Assembly (NCBI RefSeq): GCF_001194135.2
Contig: NC_068981.1
Span: 93,903,013-93,951,660, forward strand
DNA: 48,648 bases
Source of the DNA: Octopus bimaculoides
Taxonomy: Eukaryota
Reading direction: 5' to 3'
Made by a program: the position numbers and the translations under genes. Each line of letters starts with the position of its first letter. The stretch's first letter is position 1. Shown here piece after piece: positions 1 to 9,839 of the stretch. The notes beneath the pieces are model-generated. The model saw only the letters and a list, made by a program, of their open reading frames with translations, ran no database searches and was not told where the DNA came from.

Positions 1-41
<41 letters not shown>

Positions 42-44
42 AAC

Positions 45-210
45 CACGGGCTTCTTTTCGGTTTCCGTCTACCAAATACACTCACCAGGCTTTGGTTGGC
101 CCGAGGCTATTGTAGAAGACACTTTCCCAAGGTACCACGCAGTGGAACTGAACCTGGAACCTTGTAGTTGGGAACCAAGCTTCTTACCACACAGCCACGC
201 CTGCGCCTAT
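45..210 (-). mobile_element. tRNA-derived SINE, family A (head ggcgtggctgtgtggtaagaagctt), with (TA)n tail at 1-36
   Basis: Reverse complement has a tRNA-like head and a ccttgggaaagtgtct core. Homologous copies occur at 23820, 27195, 45780 and 47480. Confidence 0.8.
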
Positions 211-235
211 AATATATATTATACACGTCTCTTTG

Positions 236-892
236 GTCTTTGTTGATTTTCATACATTGTATTTCGTGTTATCACAACACTAAGCTTTCACTATGAGATA
301 CTCGCGCATATATAGCGTATGATTCATTGGCCTACACAGTACATTACTGAAAATAAGAGGCAGTCATTTGAAAATATTCTCCATCTCCGAATTTGAAGAT
401 ATAGATTTTATATAAGCTTGTTACCAGTTCGATACATATTCGAGCATGTAAGACGGCCATTCACTGCAGTTTATCATGGAGAAATATTCCCGTTGTAGAC
501 AAAAAGGCCTAAACACACTATGGTCAGTTCGAAGCATCCTCCATCCAGATCGATAGATGCATACATTTCGAAGTGTTTATTTTCTCATCAGCATCGAACA
601 TTAGAAAGAGACTTAGGCTTTTCCTTATAAGAATCCAATCGAAATATTATACTTTGACTGGTGACGCTGTCCGGCTTCCTTGCCGTAGTAAATATAAGGA
701 TTATAAGTCCTAAGCAATGTTTGATATAAATATAAACATGTTACCAGTTCAAATATGTTTGAGATATATTCGAACCCGCAAGAAAGTCATTAGCTGCAGT
801 TTGTCGTGGAGACACCATAATCAGCTCAAAATACACGATGATCAGTTCAAAGCATTCTCAATCCAGATCAATGGATGCATGCATTTCGAAGT
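236..892 (-). repeat. Degenerate ~318-nt tandem repeat carrying hammerhead motifs (retrozyme-like array 1)
   Basis: ttaccagttc at ~421 and ~741, and cagttc-aagcat-ctc-atccagatc-at-gatgcat-catttcgaagt at ~525-575 and ~843-892, give a period of about 318. Confidence 0.65.
550..597 (-). ncRNA. Type I hammerhead ribozyme
   Basis: Minus strand reads ucgaug CUGAUGA gaa-aauaaacac-uuc GAAA uguaugca UC uaucga. It has a 6-bp stem I, 3-bp stem II, near-palindromic stem III and an AUC cleavage triplet (C at 556). All core nucleotides are present. Confidence 0.8.
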
Positions 893-1045
893 AGCACGCA
901 GACTACGCGGTTTAAGATTCAGTCCTATAATCCCATTGTGCCTTAAATTGGGCAAATGTCTTTTACTACAATAGTTCCGGCACGACCAATGCCTTGTGAA
1001 TGAATTTGGTCGTGGAAAATTGTATAGAAACACGCCGCGTGTATA
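885..1045 (+). mobile_element. Degenerate SINE family A copy that truncates array 1
   Basis: ttgggcaaatgtcttttactacaatag...gaccaatgccttgtgaatgaatttggt matches family A and is followed by (TA)n. Confidence 0.6.
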
Positions 1046-1278
1046 TATATATATAATTCAAAAATCCATATATATNNNNNNNNNNNNNNNNNNNNNNNNN
1101 NNNNNNNNNNNNNNNNNNNNNNNNNNNNNNNNNNNNNNNNNNNNNNNNNNNNNNNNNNNNNNNNNNNNNNNNNNNNNNNNATATACATACATACATACAT
1201 ACATACATACATACATACATACATACATACATAAATAAATAAATTGAATTAAACGCAGGTGCTATTCAAATCTTTTTA

Positions 1279-1367
1279 CTTCCGACATATGTTTCGAAAA
1301 ATACATTGGTATTATTCCAGAAGGAATAAAATGATGTAAAACAATGCAATCTTCTCATCAGGGAAAG
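1279..1367 (-). ncRNA. Type I hammerhead ribozyme at the 3' end of a Penelope-like element
   Basis: Minus strand reads uuucc CUGAUGA gaagauugcauug...caauguauuuuuc GAAA cauaug UC ggaag. It has a 13-bp stem II with one mismatch, palindromic stem III ACAUAUGU, a GUC triplet (C at 1284) and a 5-bp stem I. Confidence 0.85.
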
Positions 1368-2228
1368 AAAGAAACCAAACATATCAGTTAGACATTTTAA
1401 CAGAATGTGATGACTGCGTATAAGGTGAAGGGAACGCTAGCAATTTTTTTTTTTTTTAACCGTTAATCGATATAACGTCAAAGGCAGTTTATAGAAAGAG
1501 GAGGAGAAAGAAAGAAATTAGCAGAAAACTAATAGCGGAGAGATACAAAGCGAAAGGTGAATAGGAATAAATCTTAAAGTATTGGAAGTAGATTCATTAA
1601 GTGGAAATGAAATGTAAGAAGACAGTAAAGGTCGAATTTTATAGAATGGTAGAAATCACTAATAGGAACTAAAGGTATGTTTTTGCCAATGTTAGCAACG
1701 ATAAACGCGTTCTTTAAACGTGTTTGCATGAGGAATCTCTGAGAACAGGATGAAATACATTTCATCGTTACGAAGCGGACAGAAAGCTTTACCTTTATCA
1801 TACGGAAATGATTTAGATAGAATATTCTATTCCAAATCAAATTGTTTATTCTGATCCTTTAGATACCAAATTAATTTACTAAGCCCAGTGTTGTTACGTT
1901 TAATGATCAAAAATTATTTTGGACAACTGAAATGGAGAACTACCTATATAAAACAGACGTCAGAACCGGAAGTAATTTTACATTGATAAATTGAGTTTCT
2001 AGTCTTAGAATTACTCCTAAGGAAACGAATGCGATTGAAATCCACATCAGAAACACTAACATCGCTGTTATTATTGTTTAAAGAATGGTTAGTGTTAACA
2101 ATATCAATGTTACTATTTTCATTAAGTGGATTTGTATTTAACTACATTACTATGCGAAGAGATGATTTGTGAAAGATTTTTTTGCGTTAGAAAACCCTAT
2201 CCTGATTCGGTGTGAGTTATTTGATATA
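1279..2228 (-). mobile_element. Penelope-like element 3' part (GIY-YIG endonuclease pseudogene, 3' UTR, HHR)
   Basis: With frameshifts and stops, minus-strand translation of ~2228-1671 gives RIRIGFSNAK/NLSQIISSH...NSIYQCKITSGSDV/FYIGSS...NTGLSKLIWYLKDQNKQFDLE*NILSKSFPYDKGKAFCPLRNDEMYFILFS...RC*HWQKHTF. This matches PLE GIY-YIG domains. Confidence 0.85.
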
Positions 2229-2498
2229 AACGTTTCTCTTAAGGATATACCCATTCTCCCAAGGAAGGTTTTCCTTAAGCAACTCATTAGTACGACAAAC
2301 TCCTTTGTTAACCGTATTAGATGGCTTGCCTTTTTCTTCGACAATAACGACATTAAACAGCCCTCTAACGATCTAACTTCTGAATTCAAAAAATTGTTTA
2401 AATCTAAAAATAATCCTCCACCTAACCCAAGATTGAAACAGCTTGAAGACGATCTCTGGTCTATCGAGAGGAATGTGAAATTTTCAGTTAATAGGTTA
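2225..2498 (+). mobile_element. Penelope-like element ORF N-terminal fragment
   Basis: VSLKDIPILPRKVFLKQLISTTNSFVNRIRWLAFFF...KSKNNPPPNPRLKQLEDDLWSIERNVKF matches the PLE pre-RT N-terminus (SLKNIP...RMRWKAFF...PP...FEDDL). Confidence 0.8.
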
Positions 2499-3579
2499 TA
2501 AACAAGTTTGATCCACAGTTTTCATATATATGAAATAATGTGTAACACCAACGATTTGATTTGCATCCAATGATATAGAGGTCCTTGAGAAAAAGGAAGA
2601 GTTTCTCTAATTGTATTTGTAATTCTCTTGGCGAGAACATGGTCAAATAATGAAAAGTTTACAAATAAAATGCAAAAGTATTTCTTAGTCTACTATCTTA
2701 GCGCCGCTTACCATTTTCTGTACTTATTGACCCCACCTCCATATCCCTCAAAGCCCTCACTAATTCTTAATTGTAACTTTAACACTTGCCTTTATTTTGT
2801 GATTTTTTTTATTTTTTTTATAAGACTCAGGTTAAGAACCACTAGTATAAAACTTAGATATTATTATCGTGTAAAGACAAACATCTTTTTCAGTTAATAG
2901 ATTATAAACAAGTTTGATCCACAGTTTTCATATATATGAAATAATGCGATTCTTTAAAATCAAGAAACATGCTGAAGCATTATCAAATCATTATTGTAAC
3001 ATACTAAGAAATATTAACTTAATTTTAAAAAATTGAAAACTCTTTTTAAATTTTAGCAAGATGAAAGGTGTGATATATTTAAAAATAGGAAATAAAACAA
3101 ATAGTATGCAATATGGTCTATTATCGCTCAATATAATGAAGTCTCAAAAAAATTAAAACACAGATTGAAAAAATAAAAAAATTTTAACAATAAAACCAAA
3201 ATTGTTATATTAAATGTTTATGGTAAAGATATAGTAAATTTTTTTGTAAGAAAAAATATAATATAAAGCCAAATGTTAAACTAAAATTCAGATTTAAATA
3301 TTACAAAAAGTACTAGGTAAAACTCAAAGCTATGCAAAATCTTTTCTTTTTTAAAGAAACTTTTTTTTATATTTTCGTACAAATAAATACAATATTTTAT
3401 GATACAAATCTTTCGTATAACTTTTCTTTTAATTTAACTTTTATTCCAAATGTTTTTGTTTTAATTTTTTTTTTTTCGGAAATTTTTACTCCAAGCGTTC
3501 CAACTTGGGCTAGCGTTCTAATTTGGGTTAGCGTTCTAACTTGGGCCTTCATATTACCTTACACGCGCCTTATTTTTTG

Positions 3580-5560
3580 TTCACATATTTGTGTTGTCCA
3601 CTGCACATCAAATAATTTGCAATGAATACAAAGTAACGGAAGTATATTCGATTTGGATTCGTGTCCCTCCAAAGGAGAGACACAGATGTCCCCCAGACTG
3701 TCACAGAAGTCCCCGCAGACTGTCACAGAATTCCCCGCAGACTGTCACAGAAGTCCCCCAGACTGTCACAGAAGTCCCCCAGAGTGTCACAGAAGTCCCC
3801 CAGACTCACAGAATTCCCCCAGAGTGTGGTATGTTACAAAACTTTGAGCAATGATGGAATGTGACCCTCACGCTTGGAACGCTATTTAAGGACAACACAT
3901 CCTGTTCTTGCAGGCAAACCCAAAGCATTCTTTGAAACAAAAAGACATTCCTTGAAGCAAGCTGAGTTGGACGGTAGTGGGGTATTTCGGCAGCAAACTT
4001 CAATAGTTGTTGAGGCTTCCTATGAGATCATCATGTTGATTGCAAAGAGCAAGGAGAGTCATAACATCGGAGCGTCTCTCATAAAACCAAATCTACTCCG
4101 TGCAGCAGAACTCGTTCTGGAGAAAGATAGTGCAAACAAGCTTTTCCTGGTCTCCCTATCAAACGATACGGTCAATGGAAGGATCGACGAATTGTTTCAA
4201 GACGTCAAAGATCAAATTCTCAACAAAGTGAGAGATTCTCCTGTTTTTGCCATCCAGTGTGACGAAATTACTGATATCGCTCAGTATTCCCAGCTACTGG
4301 TATCTGCTCGTTTTGTCTCAGGAAACTATATAAAAGAGGAAACGTTCTGTCACCTATTTTTCATGATGTATCAAACTTCTTTCAGGAAATCCAACTTTCG
4401 TGGGATTCGCTAGTAGGAGTGTGCGCTGTTGGAGTTCCAGCCATGCTTGGTCTGCAGTTTGGATTCATTACTGGGGTGAAAGAAAAAATTCCATCTGTTG
4501 TTGGTACACACTGCATATTTCATCATGAAGCCACAGCATCCAGAACCTTATCTACTGAAATGAGAAATGTCTTGAACGTGGCTATCAAGGTTATCAACTT
4601 TATTAAAGGTGGAGCCTTCAACAGTCGTCTTTTCAAACTGTTGTGTAAAGATATGGAATCTGAACATGAAGCATTGCTTTTTCACACGAACATACGATGG
4701 CAATCAAAGAGGAACAAGCTTGGACGGCTTTATGAACGACGAGAAGTAGCAATATTTCTAGATTTGTAGCAGAAGGCAAATCTCCATGACAAGTTCCAGT
4801 CTGAAGGCTTTCAGCTATCTCTAGCTTACCTGGAGGACATCTTCGAAACGTTGAATACTCTCGACCTTAAACTACAAGGGAAAAACATCAACATTCTCAC
4901 GCACCACGACACCTTTCGAACTTTCATGGACAAACTCGACCTCTGAAAATGTCGAATTCAGTAGGGAAATACAGCCAGTTTTAGTTACTTGATTCAGCGT
5001 TAAAGANNNNNNNNNNAATGTCGAATTCAGTAGGGAAATACAGCCAGTTTTAGTTACTTGATTCAGCGTTAAAGAAACAATAATCACTCATCTGACTTGA
5101 AAACAGAATTCATCAGATACTTCCCAGATACAGATGAAAAGTGTGAAGCTTGGAAATTCATCAGGGACCCATTTCAGTGTGAAGTGACTGACGTTTTGGA
5201 TGACGTGCAAGAGGAGTTTCTTGAGCTGAAGTTCAACTCCCCATCTAAGGAAGACTTCAAAGAACTGGATCTTGAAGCGTTCTGGATCACCCTCTGGTAT
5301 CACATCAGGCTCTTCGGATTTTAGCTATGTTTGGATCCATGTATCTTCGTGAAGCTGCATTTTCCACGCTCGTTGCTGTCAAGACCAAGTACAGAAACAA
5401 GCTGAACGTTGAAAGGAACTTACATTGTGCACTCCTTGGCATTCAACCACGCATTCAAGATCTTGTAGCTAAGAAGCAGTGTCAAATATCTCACTAATAA
5501 TGTGACTAATTCATATTGATTAAAAAAAGAATGGTGTGGATTCAAAGTGTCGATGTATAA
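3580..5560 (+). mobile_element. hAT DNA transposon, Buster/ZBED5-8-like, pseudogenised transposase (~3820-5497)
   Basis: BED finger (CVVCYKTLSNDGM...ERYL..TH), SLSNDTV, FAIQCDE.TD, C..H motif (HCIFHHE), LLFHTNIRWQS and C-terminal KTKYRNKLNV. Several stops and frameshifts are present. Element ends are approximate. Confidence 0.9.
3688..3825 (+). repeat. 20-21 bp minisatellite (cccagactgtcacagaagtcc), about 6 copies
   Basis: Tandem units are directly visible. Confidence 0.9.
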
Positions 5561-5569
5561 TGTGATTGA

Positions 5570-5597
5570 TCTATATATATAAAAATGAGAATGTGTA

Positions 5598-5650
<53 letters not shown>

Positions 5651-6847
5651 GTGAATCCCTAAAACTCGAGAACTACGCAACCAATTTCATTCAAATTTTA
5701 CAGATGCCTTACTTAGGGTTCCAGTTGTGTTTTAGTCAAAAAAAATTTTAACTTCTTGCAGAGTTCGAGCCCACGGCAACATAATATCTCCTCCACTATT
5801 TACGTATTACGTGTCAAAAGTGAAACAAAAACACTCATGTCAAATACTTTCACTTTAAAAATGAAACTATTCTACTAACTGAAACAATCACATTTTGATA
5901 NNNNNNNNNNNNNNNNNNNNNNNNNNNNNNNNNNNNNNNNNNNNNNNNNNNNNNNNNNNNNNNNNNNNNNNNNNNNNNNNNNNNNNNNNNNNNNNNNNNN
6001 NNNNNNNNNNNNNNNNNNNNNNNNNNNNNNNNNNNNNNNNNNNNNNNNNNNNNNNNNNNNNNNNNNNNNNNNNNNNNNNNNNNNNNNNNNNNNNNNNNNN
6101 NNNNNNNNNNNNNNNNNNNNNNNNNNNNNNNNNNNNNNNNNNNNNNNNNNNNNNNNNNNNNNNNNNNNNNNNNNNNNNNNNNNNNNNNNNNNNNNNNNNN
6201 NNNNNNNNNNNNNNNNNNNNNNNNNNNNNNNNNNNNNNNNNNNNNNNNNNNNNNNNNNNNNNNNNNNNNNNNNNNNNNNNNNNNNNNNNNNNNNNNNNNN
6301 NNNNNNNNNNNNNNNNNNNNNNNNNNNNNNNNNNNNNNNNNNNNNNNNNNNNNNNNNNNNNNNNNNNNNNNNNNNNNNNNNNNNNNNNNNNNNNNNNNNN
6401 NNNNNNNNNNNNNNNNNNNNNNNNNNNNNNNNNNNNNNNNNNNNNNNNNNNNNNNNNNNNNNNNNNNNNNNNNNNNNNNNNNNNNNNNNNNNNNNNNNNN
6501 NNNNNNNNNNNNNNNNNNNNNNNNNNNNNNNNNNNNNNNNNNNNNNNNNNNNNNNNNNNNNNNNNNNNNNNNNNNNNNNNNNNNNNNNNNNNNNNNNNNN
6601 NNNNNNNNNNNNNNNNNNNNNNNNNNNNNNNNNNNNNNNNNNNNNNNNNNNNNNNNNNNNNNNNNNNNNNNNNNNNNNNNNNNNNNNNNNNNNNNNNNNN
6701 NNNNNNNNNNNNNNNNNNNNNNNNNNNNNNNNNNNNNNNNNNNNNNNNNNNNNNNNNNNNNNNNNNNNNNNNNNNNNNNNNNNNNNNNNNNNNNNNNNNN
6801 NNTTCATTATTCTCTTTAACCCGGGCAAAGCCGGGTATTTCTGCTAG
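5570..6847 (+). mobile_element. Non-autonomous Helitron spanning an N gap
   Basis: 5' A|TCtatatatataaaa followed by (TGTC)n. The 3' end has hairpin acccgg-gcaaag-ccgggt (6819-6836), then CTAG|T (6844-6848). Insertion is at an AT dinucleotide with no target-site duplication. Confidence 0.7.
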
Positions 6848-7908
6848 TATATTATAAAATATTGAAAATGTGAAATAAAAATAAATGAGTTTGATGGTTT
6901 TGTTACGAAAATGTGACTATTATTACGTCATAATTAAGAAGTTATCCAAAAGATTCTGTTTAAGAGAAAACTTCAGTTTTGAAAACAATATTTCCCGTCT
7001 AAAAAGTCTTGAAAGAAAATTTTGATGTTGTCGAATAAGACATTTCTACCCAAAGATTCAAATATCATAAAAAGATGAAGACGGCTGTGACATGCAGAAT
7101 GGAGATAGGATTTGGGTATCATTTAAAAGTTTATGTGTATTAGCAATGTAAATGAAAAAAAAAGAAGATGCATATGACTGAGAATCTAAACTGTGTAGGG
7201 GACATGACTCACCGGCATAGCTAAAATTGCAGACCGCCAAATAACATTGCAAAGGAGATTTACTGGCGCTCTGTAGTGTAACCAGTAACGCTGTCGCCTT
7301 TGATTCGAATCCAGTCAGATGCCCGGTTATTCTTTTCTTTCTCAAATTTGTTTTTTGTATTGTCTAATATCAGTTTAAATTGAATGCACTAAATTAATTT
7401 CTTGTTGGCACCTCATTCAGACAGACAGATTTATAGAGGAGTGGACAATAGTCGGTTGAATCGATTTCGGTACTTGACTAGTATTTAAGTCTTATGTGGG
7501 AATTTGCAAAAATGATAAAGTTAAGAGACACAACTGAATAGTTCGTCACTCCTACATTTCTGACATCTTTCGCTCGATCAGAAATTATCCCCTGACGTCT
7601 CTGCATCGAGCCTTCACGGCTCATGAGATCGGAGTTAATCCGGTTCTTCAAGGTCTTTAAAGTGAGAGTATAAAACTTTCCCCTTAACAGGACGCCAGTT
7701 CGTCGTAGGGTGCTGTCTTAAGGCATGGACACACTATGCAGTTTTTCAGAGGGGCCCAAATCTGATCTATGTATGCTTTGCATTGCTGTCAATGAATAAA
7801 TACTATAGGGTCCAGTGCATTGATTTAGCCAACATTGTAGGCCAGGAGGCCTACAATACTGGCTAAGACGGCTCTGGTTAATACCCAAGTGTCACTGGTA
7901 TTCATTTT

Positions 7909-7962
7909 CAGTTGAATGTACAGGAACAGTTGAATGTACAGGAACAGTTGAATGTACAGGAA
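7909..7962 (+). repeat. 18-bp tandem repeat x3 (cagttgaatgtacaggaa)
   Basis: Directly visible. Confidence 0.9.
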
Positions 7963-8039
7963 CGATAAACTTTTGTATAATTGGAATATTAACGTTAAAA
8001 CAAACCTTCAGTCTCACTTAACACTAAAGCTAAATTTTA

Positions 8040-9125
8040 TTCTAACCATTAATTAACAAAAATCGCACCAAACAGCATCGAATATATTATACATTCGTGC
8101 GAAGTTTGTTGAAATATTTAACACGTTTGAGTACACTCAGACATGTAAAGTCCTTTCACTTGGGGAACAGTCTTGTGAGAAAAAATATTCTTCGTAAACG
8201 ATGCATAAAAACACATTGAGCCGTGAATGACATCATTGCTTTGTAGGACGCATTGTTTCTGTGTCGTTGTGAGTCATCAGCACCAAATACCAAATCAGCG
8301 TTTCAGATCCCGAACAGAATGATTCGTTTGTTTATTAGAACACCAAACAAGTCGAACGTTGATATGCATAAATCTTGATCAAGCTAGAATTTTATTAACT
8401 AAAGTTTCACGAGGCTGCTTTGAATAAAATGTGAGTGTACTGTAAGATTTAACTCGTTTGAGTACACGCAGACGTAAGGAAAACTTGCGCTGTGGAAATA
8501 GTCTGGCGAGACAATACTCTGATTGGATCGTAGAGCGCATGCGTTGCTGCGTGCCATCAGCTACGACTACTACATCTGAATCTCACCGCCCGAAAGGAAT
8601 GATTCGTTCTTATATTAGAACACTAATCGGTACTTTCACTTATATTATAAAGCTTGGTCAAGCTAGAATTAATTACAATTTGCACGAAACGGCGTTGAAT
8701 AAAACATATTCGTGTATATTCATATTTTATGCGTTCTAGTACATTCGGACGTGTGAAGTGCTTTCGCTTCGGAAATAGTCTCGGGAGAAATCATTTCGTC
8801 CTAAACGACATATGTTAAAGAACATTCAGCTGTGAATGACACCATTGCATCGTTGAACGAATGCGTTTCTGCGATGTTTCAAGTCATCAGCTACGAATGC
8901 CAAATCTGCATTTCACAACCAGAAAAGAATTATTCGCTTTTTTACAATGGCTGATGTACGTGAATCTTGGTCAAACTACAACTAATTAAGTCGCACGAAG
9001 CAACGTTGAATAAATATTCTTCGTGTAAAGTCATATTTAACACGTTCGCAACACGAATATTTTGACTGTTTCTCCAGCGAAAGGTCTTTACACGCCTGAG
9101 TGTACTCGTGCGTGTTAAATATTAT
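8040..9125 (-). repeat. Degenerate ~330-nt tandem array with decayed hammerhead motifs (retrozyme-like array 2)
   Basis: Recurrent gagtacac, gaatgattcg, caagctaga, ttgaataaa and catcag blocks. The catcag cores end at 8280, 8560 and 8890, giving periods of 280 (internal deletion) and 330. Confidence 0.65.
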
Positions 9126-9194
9126 TTTACACGTAATATATTTTAATCCTAAATCTAAACTTAACAATAACCCAACCCTAAAACACTAAACCGA

Positions 9195-9839
9195 ATTTGA
9201 GGCTAAATAACAACATTATGGTAAATTTCTATATTAACATCCGCACGATTTTCACTAAGAAAAAACAAAAAATTGGATTGGATTTTTTGCGTGGAATCAA
9301 GTACCCTGACCTCCTAATATGCAGCAAATCCCTTATTCTGGTTCGGAAAAAAATGGAGGTGGGGTGAGGGGAACCCGCCCCACCCCCCTCCAATCCTAGA
9401 ATCATTTGAAATTTTTGTTCGTTGAATGAATTCCTGTGACCTCCCAACATGATACAAAACCCTTTTTCGGGTCCGAAAAACAGGATGGGGTGAGGTGGAA
9501 GCCCTTTTTTTTTTACCTTAGTGAAAATCGTGCAGGTGAAAAGATCAACAGGGGTGGGGGTTAAATTTCCCAGGATTCCACCTCACCCCACCCCGTTTTT
9601 CGGACCCCAAAAGGGTTTTGTAGCATATTATAGGAGGTCACAGAAATTCATTCAACGAAAAGCAAAAATTTCCAATGACTCCGGGATGGAGGGCCCCACT
9701 CCTTTTTTCCGAACCAGAATAAGGGATTTGCAGCATATTAGGAGGTCAGGGTACTTGATTCCACACAAAAAATCCAAGTGAAAATCGTGCAAGTGTTAAT
9801 ATAGAAATTTACCATAATTTTGTTATTTTGTCTCAAATC
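9195..9839. mobile_element. Fold-back/MITE-like long inverted repeat
   Basis: Arms ~9195-9502 and ~9576-9839 are reverse complements, e.g. ggaatcaagtaccctgacctcctaatatg and attatggtaaatttctatattaac. Confidence 0.75.

Noticed and set aside
3688-3825. CRISPR-like appearance of short repeats (also 7909-7962, 3495-3548, 16420-16470)
   Set aside because: The units are contiguous with no unique spacers, and the context is eukaryotic.
4947-5070. Direct repeat across a 10-N gap (also 45995-46110, and the duplicated SINE head at 24750-24835 versus 25350-25435)
   Set aside because: Identical sequence at or next to short gaps is a typical contig-overlap assembly artefact.
236-9125. ~320-330 bp periodicity suggesting cadherin repeats (protocadherin pseudogene)
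   Set aside because: No frame gives convincing DxNDNxP/LDRE motifs. The hammerhead motifs explain the repeats better.
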